Below are positions 38,485 to 47,712 of a stretch of 64,000 nt of DNA, piece by piece. The notes under the pieces were generated by a model. That model did no database searches. It was not told where the DNA came from and saw nothing but the letters and a program-made list of their open reading frames with translations. A program made the position numbers and the translations under genes. This DNA comes from Candidatus Eremiobacteria bacterium (GTDB lineage Bacteria; Vulcanimicrobiota; Vulcanimicrobiia; Vulcanimicrobiales; Vulcanimicrobiaceae): contig CAVWUU010000001.1 in NCBI GenBank assembly GCA_963758295.1, positions 128,001 to 192,000 of the forward strand, read 5' to 3'. Numbering within the stretch: the first letter of the stretch is position 1; every line of letters starts with the position of its first letter.

Positions 38485-41400
38485 GTGGCTTCCTCGCTGA
38501 CCGGCATTTTTGCCCCGGGCTCTCCCGCTTTGCCGGAGACCCTTCGGACATTGATTCTGGAACCGGCGCGCAGCGTTGCGCCCGGTGATAACATTCGAGT
38601 CAGCTTTTCGTTTTCGAATCTCGGCGGTGCGCCGGCGACGGGCGTGCGCGTGCGCTTCGCGCAACCGCAAGGCGTCGTCCACGTTGGCGATGCCGACGTC
38701 GTGGACGACACTGCGCTCGCTGAGGGTTCCTTTGCGGATGCGAGCGGTGCGGCCATCGGCGATTTGGAACCCAACGCGCAGCGCCGCCTCACGTGTACGT
38801 TCCGCGTCAACGATACGATCGAAGACGCCACGGAGCTGCAGTTTCAAGCCGCGCTCGCAACCGATCAGACGCCGCTTGTCGGCTCGAACGTGGCCCACGT
38901 CGTCGTTCGCAGCCGCCCCGAACTCCAGGGCAGCGGAACGCTCGCAACGATTTCGTCGCCGTCGGTCCCGAAGCCGGGCGATGCCATCACGGTTCGCGCG
39001 ACTATTGTCAACTCGGGCTCGTCGAGCGCGCACGACGTAACTCTCGTCTTGCCGGCGCCGGAAAACACCAGTTACGTATCGCGCAGCGCGCGCATCGACG
39101 GGCGCGTCGTCAAGAGCTCCAGCGGCGAGCCGTTCGATTACGATAGCGCGACAATCATCAGCGAACGCTTGATGCCGGGCCAAGCCGTGCTCGTCGAGTA
39201 TCAAGCGACGATCGATTCACCGCTGGCCGACGGCACGCGGATCAAAGCATCGGGAACCGTCGGCTCGCGTGAACTTTCGGAATTCGCTATTTCATCGGCG
39301 GAGGTCGTCGTCACTTCGCCCGTCGACTTCGAAGGCGAAGAGAGCGGTTTGACGATTCTGTCGGACGACGTCGTAACGCCGGGGATGCGCGTCCCGATGG
39401 TCCTGCGCGCGATGAACACCGGGACCGGCATTGCGCAACGGCTGCAGTTTTCGTTCGATCTTCCCCAAGGATTGATTTACGCTCCAGGATCCGCGCACGT
39501 CGACGGCCAGCCCGTGAGCGACGACTCTATCCCGGGCCTGGTTTTCTCACTCGGCTCGCTCGCGGCGGGACGTATGGTCGAAGCCGGTATCGCGGCGACG
39601 GTCGCGGTTCCCGCAAGCGGCGGCGCGACAGCGCTCCCCGTGCAGGGCACGCTGCGTTGGCGAAACGGTGAGCGGCGTTTCACGCGGCGCCTTTCCGTGC
39701 GTGTTGCACCGCGGTTCAGCCGCGCCCGCAATTTCGTCGAAGCGGATCGCGGCGTCGCGCAAGCGCGCGACGAAGTGAAGTTCACGGTTCACGTTTATAA
39801 CGACGGTACCGCGCCCGAACAAGACGTGCGTTTGCGTTTGATTCCGGGTTTGCACCTCGGCGATTTGCGCATCGGGGAAGACTCCGAGGAATCCCAGGCG
39901 TACGATCAACCGCTCGCGCTCGGCCTTGTGGAACCGCACAACCAGCGAACGTTCACCGTTTACGCGCGCGTCGGCTCCCGTGTGCCGGATCGTTCGAACG
40001 TTGCGCTCGGCGTCATTCTGGAACACGCCGAAGGCGCCGTCGATCTGGGAACGGCTACGGTCGTCGTGCGCTCGCGGCCGGCCATCGAAAGCGTCGTCTG
40101 GGAACTCGCGTCGCACGAACCGCTCCGGCCCAATCGCACTATCGACGTGATCGTTCGCGTCGCGAACGGAGGCACGGACGTTCTGCGCGACGCGCGCCTT
40201 TCGCTGACCCTTCCTCCGGAACTTGCAGTGGAACGCGCCGTCGACGCGCAGCGAGATCGTGAAGGCGTAGCGTTCCAAGACGTTCCCGCCGAATCAACGC
40301 ATGAAGCGCGCATGACGTTACGGCTGCTTCGCGCCGTTGCGAGCACTCGCGTGCTTACGGTCGATGCGTGGCTGCACGGCAAAGGCATCAGCCCCGTTCA
40401 GCTCTCACCGCTCGAAGTGCCGGCATACGCGGAACCGCAATTCGCACAAAGCTCGCAAGTCTTGGCGATTCCAGCCGAACACGTGAACGCCGGTGAGCGG
40501 CTGTTCTATGAAATTCGCTTGCGCAACGACGGCGACGGCCCGGCAGAGCGTTTGGTGATACGCGTCGTGCCGACGAATTTAGCGGTATACGTGCCGGCAT
40601 CGACCACGCTCAACGGCATGCCGGTGAACGACGATTCGGGCGTTTCACAGTTGTGGTCGCAACGCGGACTCGTCCTAGCCGATGTCAATCCGAATGTCGA
40701 ACTGCGCATCCGCTGGGAAACGATCGTAATGTCGCCGCTCGCGGCCGATACGCCGATCGATACGCGAGCCGTCTTCGAGTGGGATCAAGGCAAGACCCTC
40801 GCGCTGACCGCACCCACGGTTCGCGTTCAAGCGCAGCCTTCGCTCAGCGAATCGGCCGAAGGAACGCCCATTTCGATTGCGCGCGTCTTTTCCGCCGAGG
40901 GGCCCGTGTACGAAGCGGCGCCGCTGCCGCCCGAACCCGAACCGGTTCCCGAACCGCCGCAGCCGCCGGTGGAAGCCGCTCCGCCGCGCATGATTGCCGA
41001 GGTTATAGCGGCTGAAACGGTCGAGTTTCCCTCGGTGCTTCCGATGATCGGTGCTCCCGAACCGCCGCAAGCGGCGCAGGCCGTGCCCGTTCTCTACGCC
41101 GATTTCTCGCCGGACCGTCTCGACAACACGATTCGCATGATCGAACGCAGCAATGTCGGCGGACTTGTGCAGCATCTTTTTGCAATGCGCATGCTGCTGT
41201 TCCCCGAACATGCGATCAATGCGTCGCCGCAGCTCAGCGGGTCGTTTGCGAACGCTAACCGGCTCTTACGCGCGCCGCTGGAAAAATTGTTCGTCCGTCT
41301 AGGTACGCCGCGCTTGCAAGTCAGCGGCAAGGACATCGAAGATCGTGAAAGCCGCGACGGGCTGCGCAACCTGATCGACGATCTGTCACTTGCGCCGACG

Positions 41401-41748
41401 GCTTCGCCGCAGCCGCCCCCGCCGGGCGTCATTCGAATCGAAGGCGCGGTCGAACTTGACGTCGTGCAGTCGCTCGCGCTCTCGCTCGAATCGTTACCGC
41501 TCGGTGCCGTGGCGCCTTGGCTCATCAACGCGCAATTGCTCGGCACTTCAATTGTCTACGATCGAACGAAATCCGAAACGCTCGAAGCGTATCGGAGCGA
41601 GCTTTTGAACGTCTTTACGGTGCTGGCGGAATTACCGATCATGGAGTTTCACCGCGTGCTCACGACGAGCGTAAATCGCACGCTCGATGAGTCGCTCGCC
41701 GCGGTGCTCGAAGCACTGCGCGGCGCCGCGCACATTGCTGTCGAGTAA
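38485..41748 (+). CDS. Six-DUF11 protein with Pro-rich linker and helical C-terminal domain, paralog B
   Basis: Colinear with 34760-38017 (FAPGSP.LPE.LRTL; L..HLFA.R...FPE); no signal peptide. Confidence 0.8.
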   Translation: MASSLTGIFAPGSPALPETLRTLILEPARSVAPGDNIRVSFSFSNLGGAPATGVRVRFAQPQGVVHVGDADVVDDTALAEGSFADASGAAIGDLEPNAQRRLTCTFRVNDTIEDATELQFQAALATDQTPLVGSNVAHVVVRSRPELQGSGTLATISSPSVPKPGDAITVRATIVNSGSSSAHDVTLVLPAPENTSYVSRSARIDGRVVKSSSGEPFDYDSATIISERLMPGQAVLVEYQATIDSPLADGTRIKASGTVGSRELSEFAISSAEVVVTSPVDFEGEESGLTILSDDVVTPGMRVPMVLRAMNTGTGIAQRLQFSFDLPQGLIYAPGSAHVDGQPVSDDSIPGLVFSLGSLAAGRMVEAGIAATVAVPASGGATALPVQGTLRWRNGERRFTRRLSVRVAPRFSRARNFVEADRGVAQARDEVKFTVHVYNDGTAPEQDVRLRLIPGLHLGDLRIGEDSEESQAYDQPLALGLVEPHNQRTFTVYARVGSRVPDRSNVALGVILEHAEGAVDLGTATVVVRSRPAIESVVWELASHEPLRPNRTIDVIVRVANGGTDVLRDARLSLTLPPELAVERAVDAQRDREGVAFQDVPAESTHEARMTLRLLRAVASTRVLTVDAWLHGKGISPVQLSPLEVPAYAEPQFAQSSQVLAIPAEHVNAGERLFYEIRLRNDGDGPAERLVIRVVPTNLAVYVPASTTLNGMPVNDDSGVSQLWSQRGLVLADVNPNVELRIRWETIVMSPLAADTPIDTRAVFEWDQGKTLALTAPTVRVQAQPSLSESAEGTPISIARVFSAEGPVYEAAPLPPEPEPVPEPPQPPVEAAPPRMIAEVIAAETVEFPSVLPMIGAPEPPQAAQAVPVLYADFSPDRLDNTIRMIERSNVGGLVQHLFAMRMLLFPEHAINASPQLSGSFANANRLLRAPLEKLFVRLGTPRLQVSGKDIEDRESRDGLRNLIDDLSLAPTASPQPPPPGVIRIEGAVELDVVQSLALSLESLPLGAVAPWLINAQLLGTSIVYDRTKSETLEAYRSELLNVFTVLAELPIMEFHRVLTTSVNRTLDESLAAVLEALRGAAHIAVE

Positions 41749-42061
41749 TCCCGCACTCGGAATTTTCGCCGCACTTTTTCTGCTCGGCGCGTTATTCTTT
41801 GCCGCCGGCACCTGGCTTGCTCGCCGCGAAAGAGTCGCGCCCGTTTCCTTGCCGGTGGCGCCGATCACCTGGACGCAGGCCGTTGCCAATAGCGACGAAA
41901 CTTTCGCGCCTCAATTGCGTCTGGATATGATCGAACGCCTCGCCATGGTCGGGCAAGAGTGGTGTGTCGAGGTGCTGCAGCGCGCGCGTATCGAAGAAAC
42001 CGATCCCGCGATCGCCGACGCGATCGAACGCGCTCTCATCGTGATCGGCGCGCGCCGTTAG
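41735..42061 (+). CDS. Single-TM protein with a HEAT-like helical pair
   Basis: TM helix, then RLDMIERLAMVG...VLQRARIEETDPAIADAIERAL; probable TTG start overlapping the upstream stop. Confidence 0.7.
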   Translation: MLSSNPALGIFAALFLLGALFFAAGTWLARRERVAPVSLPVAPITWTQAVANSDETFAPQLRLDMIERLAMVGQEWCVEVLQRARIEETDPAIADAIERALIVIGARR

Positions 42062-43932
42062 TACGTGAAGTCCGGACTCTTCTTGAAGTATTTAACGAGA
42101 ATGTCACGCGCGATCGGCGCCGCAACGCTCGCGCCGTAGCCGCCGCTTCGATCCACGAACACCGCCATCGCGAGCTTCGGATGATCGGACGGCGCCCAAG
42201 CGACGAACCACGTCGTGTTTGCGCCCGATCCGTTCTCGCCGGTTTCAGCCGTTCCGGTCTTTCCGGAGAACGCCAACCCTTTGATCTTCAACCCATACGC
42301 CGTGCCGCCCGGATCGGTGACCTTGGCCATGCCTTCGCGCACGTATTTCAGCGCGTCTTCGGTAACCGGAACCTGGCGAATGATTTCGGGCGAGAACGAC
42401 TTGATCAGCTCGCCGCTTGGCGAGCGAATTTCGCGAACTACTTGCGGCTTATAGAGCGTGCCGCCATTGATGACGGCCGATGCAATGTTGGTGATTTGCA
42501 ATGGAGTTGCTTGCATTGCGCCTTGGCCGATTCCGAGCATGCACACTTCGCTCGGCTCCATGGGCACGTGGAACACTTTCATTTCCCATTCCGGCGTCGG
42601 CCAATTGCCGCTGATTTCACCGGGAAGATCGATGCCGGACTTCTTGCCCAAACCGTAGAGCAAGGCGTATTTTTGCAGGCGCTCGCGTCCAAGGCGCCAC
42701 GCCATTTGATAGAAGTACCCATCAGAAGAAGCGGCAAGCGCCGGGACGAACGTCGTGCGGCCCAATCCGCCCGAGGCGATGTCTCGCGCAATGTAGCCGC
42801 CGCAATTCCACGCGCCGCTGTCATAGACGACTTCGTCCGGCTTCACGACGCCTGCGCTGAGGGCGCCGGAGCCCGTCACCATCTTGAACGTAGAGCCGGT
42901 CGGCGTCGCGGCGCCGATCGCATTGTTGTATAGCGGATCGACGGGATCGAGAAGATACTTCGCGACCATCTTGTAGTTGTCGTCGGCGAAATCGTTCGGA
43001 TCGAACTCCGGGTAACTCGACATGGCGAGAATACCACCGGTCCACGGATCCTCTACGACCACCGCGCCCGAGAGTTTCCGTCCGTGCGCCCATTTTTGGA
43101 TGCCGTCTGCCAGCGCTTGATCGACGATCTGCTGCAAACGCAAATCGATATTGGTGACGACCTTGTCACCGGGAACCGCGGCTTTTGACGGCAGCTTGAT
43201 GCCGGGGACGACGGAGCCGGTGGCATCAACGACAACGCGTTGGCCGCCGGGCTCGCCACGCAAATATTTATCGTAAACGTACTCGAGCCCGTCTTTCCCG
43301 ATAACGTCGTTCGGCGAATACCCCTCGTGCTTTAGACGGTTGTATTCGTCCTCGGTGATCTGTCCGACGTAGCCGAAGACGTGCGCGCCCATGCCCTTGA
43401 ACGGATAATCGCGAATCGGTTGCACTTCGAGATCGACCCCGGGCAGGTCGGGCAACACTTCCGAAAGCCGCGCGACCGTTGCAACGGGCAGCCCTTCGTC
43501 AAGCACGACGGGTCCATAGGGCTCGTAGACCTGGACTTGATCGAAGTCGTCGTAGTTCACGCCGCGGTGGTGGAGCAGTTTCTTCCAAAGCGCTGCTTCC
43601 TTAACGTTCAACGTCTTTGCGAGCGTGCGCATTTCGCCGTTGACGTCGGTCACTTCGGATGGAATAAGGCCGACAACGAACGAGGGACGGCTGCGCACCA
43701 TCACTTTGCCGTATCGATCGAAAATAATGCCGCGCGGCGCCGCGACGCGGATCAAACGAACCTGGTTGGCTTGCGCTTGCGTCCGGTACATCTCGCCCTG
43801 GGCGATTTGCACTTGCACGAGCCGCACCACGATGGCGATGACGACCAGCGCGATGAATGTTGCGAAGCCGGCAACGCGCCATGGAGACTTCTGCCACGAT
43901 ATCCGAGGAAAGCGGCGGCGTTCGGTAATCAT
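42058..43932 (-). CDS. mrdA: Penicillin-binding protein 2
   Basis: APRGIIFDR, GKDGLE, GSTFK, SSD, GIGQG, SGKTGTA. Confidence 0.95.
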   Translation of the reverse strand: MITERRRFPRISWQKSPWRVAGFATFIALVVIAIVVRLVQVQIAQGEMYRTQAQANQVRLIRVAAPRGIIFDRYGKVMVRSRPSFVVGLIPSEVTDVNGEMRTLAKTLNVKEAALWKKLLHHRGVNYDDFDQVQVYEPYGPVVLDEGLPVATVARLSEVLPDLPGVDLEVQPIRDYPFKGMGAHVFGYVGQITEDEYNRLKHEGYSPNDVIGKDGLEYVYDKYLRGEPGGQRVVVDATGSVVPGIKLPSKAAVPGDKVVTNIDLRLQQIVDQALADGIQKWAHGRKLSGAVVVEDPWTGGILAMSSYPEFDPNDFADDNYKMVAKYLLDPVDPLYNNAIGAATPTGSTFKMVTGSGALSAGVVKPDEVVYDSGAWNCGGYIARDIASGGLGRTTFVPALAASSDGYFYQMAWRLGRERLQKYALLYGLGKKSGIDLPGEISGNWPTPEWEMKVFHVPMEPSEVCMLGIGQGAMQATPLQITNIASAVINGGTLYKPQVVREIRSPSGELIKSFSPEIIRQVPVTEDALKYVREGMAKVTDPGGTAYGLKIKGLAFSGKTGTAETGENGSGANTTWFVAWAPSDHPKLAMAVFVDRSGGYGASVAAPIARDILVKYFKKSPDFTY

Positions 43933-43935
43933 GAC

Positions 43936-44238
43936 CTAACGATGCTCGAACCGGCGAATGACCAGCACCAACGCGAGGGCGAACACGGATATGGCCGCGC
44001 CCTCCATCAGCATTTCATAGGCACGCGCGCGACGGTGCAGCACCGGTGCAGAATCGCCGGCGGTCCGAATTTGATTTTCGCGCGCCGCCGTCTGGTACGT
44101 GTTGCCCTGTGCGAGCTGCACTTGCGCCAGCCGGAAGACTATCGCAAGAATCACGGCCGCAATCAACGTCGCAAACGCAACGATGCGCACGCGAGATTTG
44201 TGCCATGAGACGCGCGGAAAACGGCGCCGTTCGATCAT
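43936..44238 (-). CDS. Chimeric small membrane protein: PBP2-like N-terminus + MreD-like C-terminal helix
   Basis: MIERRRFPRVSWHKS...RLAQVQLAQG..Y...A..NQIR matches the mrdA start; ...LVIRRFEHR matches the mreD end (LFVRRLEHR). Confidence 0.75.
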   Translation of the reverse strand: MIERRRFPRVSWHKSRVRIVAFATLIAAVILAIVFRLAQVQLAQGNTYQTAARENQIRTAGDSAPVLHRRARAYEMLMEGAAISVFALALVLVIRRFEHR

Positions 44239-44239
44239 G

Positions 44240-44764
44240 TTATCGATGCTCGAGCCGGCGGACGAAAAGCATTACGACAATCATGATAGCTGCGTTTAGC
44301 GCCGCTTCGATGAGCGCTTCATGAAAATGGAGTCTTGCAAGGCCGCTCGGATACCCTTCCAGCGCCATGACGATCCAGAACAACAGCGATCGCAGCAGCG
44401 AAGCAATCGCCGTAATCAACGAAACGAGGGGAATGGAATCGGCAAAGAAGCCGCGCGAGAGTGTACCGGCGATAATCGCGACGAGCGTCGTGGAAATCGT
44501 CCATGCGCCCCCCGTTAACGTCGCGAGAATATCTTCGCATATGCCTGCGGCAAGTCCGTAAATTGCGGCGCGCCGTGTATTCACCCGAATCGCGTACCAC
44601 ACGACGGCAACTAGCACCAAGCTCGGTTCGGCGCCGCGAACGTTGGCGTAGTGCATCACCGTTACTTGCGCAAGCAGCGCAACGGCAAGCCAGCCGGCGG
44701 CGGTTATCCACGACGGTCCGGAAAACGGAGCTTCGTGAGCGACCTTACTTCGGGACGACGACAA
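44240..44764 (-). CDS. mreD: Rod shape-determining protein MreD
   Basis: Hydrophobic; PSLVLVAVVWYA...G...GICEDI; lies after mreC; start uncertain. Confidence 0.88.
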   Translation of the reverse strand: MSSSRSKVAHEAPFSGPSWITAAGWLAVALLAQVTVMHYANVRGAEPSLVLVAVVWYAIRVNTRRAAIYGLAAGICEDILATLTGGAWTISTTLVAIIAGTLSRGFFADSIPLVSLITAIASLLRSLLFWIVMALEGYPSGLARLHFHEALIEAALNAAIMIVVMLFVRRLEHR

Positions 44765-45551
44765 CGCGATCGAGAGTGCCGAGATTGACGGCGGGTTTCA
44801 ACACGGCGGTTTGATAGAGCGTCGCGTCGCCGCGTTCGATTCGCACCACGCGTCCGATCGGCACGCCTGCATGGAACGAATGACCTTCGCCGGTAACCAC
44901 GACGTCGTTTAGCTTGACCGGCGCGTCTTGCGGTAAAAATTCGACGCGCACGCTTGTGAGGTTGCCGCGCGCGATGCCCCAATACCGGCCGCGTTGCGTT
45001 ACCGCGGGAAGCCGGCTCGTGTAGTCGGTGATCAAGACGATCTTGCTCGAGAACGGCGCGACCGATTCGACACGTCCGACAATGCCTCCGGCGCCGACCA
45101 CGCCGTCGTCCTTATGGACGCCGGCATTGCTTCCGCGATCGATCGTCACCGAACGCGTCGCATTCTCCGGCGGGAAGCCGATGACGCGCGCTTCGATGGC
45201 ATGCGGATAGAGATTGACGATAGGTTGAACGGAAACTTCGGCAGCGTACTCGGCCGCGAGTTCGTGCAAGCGTTGGTTCTCGAGTTTCAATGCGGTGTTC
45301 TCCGACCGCAAGGAACCATTGTCGCGTTCGAGCTGCGGCAACTGGACGATGGCCGCTGCTCCCCCGCGCACGCCGCCGGCAATTGCGGAAGTGGCCATTT
45401 CGACAAACGAAACGAGGGAAGTACCGACGGTTTCGAGCGGGCTGATTTGTCCCGAACGCTCAGCATTAATCTGCACGAGCGCGAGCAGCGCCGCTACGAT
45501 GATCACCGTTATGAGCGCGAAGAGTCTGCGCTCGTCTCGATACGTAAAGAT
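44745..45551 (-). CDS. mreC: Rod shape-determining protein MreC
   Basis: TM + coiled coil (ENQRLHEL), IDRGSNAGV, GIVGRV, VVTGE...GVPIGRV, KPAVNL. First canonical start is GTG 45506; a probable ATC start is at 45551. Confidence 0.92.
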   Translation of the reverse strand: MFTYRDERRLFALITVIIVAALLALVQINAERSGQISPLETVGTSLVSFVEMATSAIAGGVRGGAAAIVQLPQLERDNGSLRSENTALKLENQRLHELAAEYAAEVSVQPIVNLYPHAIEARVIGFPPENATRSVTIDRGSNAGVHKDDGVVGAGGIVGRVESVAPFSSKIVLITDYTSRLPAVTQRGRYWGIARGNLTSVRVEFLPQDAPVKLNDVVVTGEGHSFHAGVPIGRVVRIERGDATLYQTAVLKPAVNLGTLDRVVVVPK

Positions 45552-45572
45552 GTTGGCCCTCGGAATAAATCC

Positions 45573-46181
45573 TTAGCTTATGGCTTGCTGTTTCGTTACG
45601 GGGAGCGTGAATCCCAACCTGCGAAGCGCCCGAACGAACCGTGCGAGCGGGAACCCCATGACCGTGTAAAAATCGCCGTCGATGGCTTCGACCAGCGACG
45701 CCGCGCGGCCCTGAATCCCGTACGCACCTGCTTTATCCATCGGCTCGCCGGTGGCAACATATTCGTCAATTTCACTTGCCGTCAAGGAATAGAATCTCAC
45801 TCGCGTGGTGACCGACTCTTCGATCGCCCGCTCGGCTCCCGCGGGCAGAAGCGCGAACGCCGTATGCACAAGATGCTCGCGACCGGACAAGCATTGAAGC
45901 ATGCGCACGGCTTCTGCATGGTCCTTCGGTTTGCCGAGCGCAACCCCATCGACGTCGACGACGGTATCGGCCGCAACGATGAGTTCCTGGTTGCCCACTT
46001 GCGCCGCTACGTCCCGCACTTTCTCCAGCGCGTGCCGCGTCGCTAAGTCCAGGGGCGTTGCCGCCGGATCTTCCGGTTCGTCGTAGCGGCTCGGTTGCAC
46101 CGCTACTTCAAGTCCCAGCGATTGCAGTAGTTCAAGTCTTCTCGGGGATGCGCTTGCCAGAACCAGGCGCTCCAAAATCAT
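45573..46181 (-). CDS. maf: Maf nucleoside triphosphate pyrophosphatase
   Basis: LVLASASPRRLELL, AADTVV, LGKP, GEPMDKAGAYGIQG, VMGFP. Confidence 0.95.
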   Translation of the reverse strand: MILERLVLASASPRRLELLQSLGLEVAVQPSRYDEPEDPAATPLDLATRHALEKVRDVAAQVGNQELIVAADTVVDVDGVALGKPKDHAEAVRMLQCLSGREHLVHTAFALLPAGAERAIEESVTTRVRFYSLTASEIDEYVATGEPMDKAGAYGIQGRAASLVEAIDGDFYTVMGFPLARFVRALRRLGFTLPVTKQQAIS

Positions 46182-46239
46182 GCGTGGTCTCCATGGAACC
46201 AGCACGAACGTGACCCGAACAGCTGGCCGGCGATAACCG

Positions 46240-46386
46240 CTAAAAACCTTCCCCGACCGGCAATACCCGCCTGCACGTCGCCGACAGCGACCTTATGACG
46301 ATAGGCGAGGCGCTTTCAAGCGGCTCGTATTCGGGCGTGTCGGCATGGCCGTTCGGATGAACGACCATGACAGTGGCACCGTGCAT
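46240..46386 (-). CDS. Possible 48-aa small protein (not in ORF track)
   Basis: AGGAGG 5 nt before ATG; MHGATVMVVHPNGHADTPEYEPLESASPIVIRSLSATCRRVLPVGEGF. Confidence 0.4.
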   Translation of the reverse strand: MHGATVMVVHPNGHADTPEYEPLESASPIVIRSLSATCRRVLPVGEGF

Positions 46387-46470
46387 CGTGTCCTCCTAGG
46401 CGCCTATCTTCATCGCCGTGGTGCGCGAGAGCTATAGGCCTATTCGTATTCGCCCTAACGCAATAGCGCG

Positions 46471-47712
46471 CTAGCCGTTTATGACGACGGTGTATCCGCC
46501 GACTGTCTGGCCGCCTTGGCTCGCAGAAACGCGATATACCTGAGCCTGTCCGGCCGCCGGCGGAGCATCCGTCGTCGTAAACGCAACTTGTTGATCGTCG
46601 CCATTGACGTTTTGGGCCTGCGCTCCCGGTGCAGCTTTTTGTGCACCGCCGACTGGAGACGGCGGCGAAAGCAATGGCGCACCGGTAGGTGCCGCCGGCG
46701 CAGGAAACCCGCCTCGCGTTCCCGTTTGCAGCTGCAACCACGGCATCGCGGAGGGCTGCGTGCGTTCCACTTGCACCGTGGCCGGCGCGCCGAAAAGCGG
46801 TCCGACCTTTAACAGCAAGAGCGGTGCGGTTGCGGCTTCGGCTGCCGTCATGACGTGAATGTTGCGCTGAGCGATGTGCCGGTTGAGCGAGGCATCCCAC
46901 TCCGGAGTCGACAACGCATCGGAACACACGTCCCACGCGCGAACGATGAGGCATTCATGGCCGCCGTTCTCATACTTTGCTTCCCACGCTTCGGGACACT
47001 TCACGACCTTGTGTGAATTGGAACTGTAACGCGAGCCGAGAGCCGTGGTCGCCTGTCCGATCAAATGTGCGCCTCCGCCGTTGATTCCCAGCGACGGATC
47101 GATCCAGTAGAATTCGACGATGACGGCGTTGGCCGCCGATTTGCCGAAGTTCCAAATGTGTGCGTACACGGTATTCGGAGCATTCGCCAGCGCCGTTTGC
47201 CCGAGTTCCTTCGGCACGTCGGGTGCATCTTGGGGCAACACCCCGGCGAGCAGATAAATGTCCGGACTTTCCCAAAATGGCCCGCTGACCGGTCTCGTGC
47301 CGGTATCACCCGGATTCGCACGCATAAAAAGAAACGGCAGATACAGGTCTTTGCGCGGGCCGGGCCATGTTCCAATCGGATGCTTCCCTTGAACGTCACC
47401 AGGCGTTATGGGTGTGCCGCCGAGATCTCCGCGACTTGTACCAACCGTTTTTCCCGGCCGTCCAGACGGCGCGCCGGAGCCGCCACCACCAGCGCCCGGG
47501 GTGCCGCCACTACCGCCGCCGTGCTCGTGCTCCGTACATTCTTCGCAATCGTCGCGTTCGTGGCGCTCGTTGTGCGGTGGCCGGTAACGCACCGTGACTT
47601 CAAGCTCGGCGCCTTCGATGTGGACGACGTGATGTTCATCATGTTCGTGATGTTCGTGAGCTGCGGCATGGTTGTGGTGTTCGTGCTTTTTACGATCGCG
47701 ATCATCGGACAC
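46471..47712 (-). CDS. Hypothetical protein with His-rich N-terminus and conserved beta domain
   Basis: HEHHNHAAAHEHHEHDEHH, CEEC; RANPGDTGTRP...FWESPDI...GHECLIVR...HIAQRNIHV; GTG start overlaps the upstream stop. Confidence 0.75.
   Translation of the reverse strand: MSDDRDRKKHEHHNHAAAHEHHEHDEHHVVHIEGAELEVTVRYRPPHNERHERDDCEECTEHEHGGGSGGTPGAGGGGSGAPSGRPGKTVGTSRGDLGGTPITPGDVQGKHPIGTWPGPRKDLYLPFLFMRANPGDTGTRPVSGPFWESPDIYLLAGVLPQDAPDVPKELGQTALANAPNTVYAHIWNFGKSAANAVIVEFYWIDPSLGINGGGAHLIGQATTALGSRYSSNSHKVVKCPEAWEAKYENGGHECLIVRAWDVCSDALSTPEWDASLNRHIAQRNIHVMTAAEAATAPLLLLKVGPLFGAPATVQVERTQPSAMPWLQLQTGTRGGFPAPAAPTGAPLLSPPSPVGGAQKAAPGAQAQNVNGDDQQVAFTTTDAPPAAGQAQVYRVSASQGGQTVGGYTVVING

Noticed and set aside
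42613..42628. Additional parS-like 16-mer inside mrdA (GATTTCACCGGGAAGA)
   Set aside because: Neither half-site is intact and it lies in a conserved coding motif (IDLPGE), so it is likely chance.
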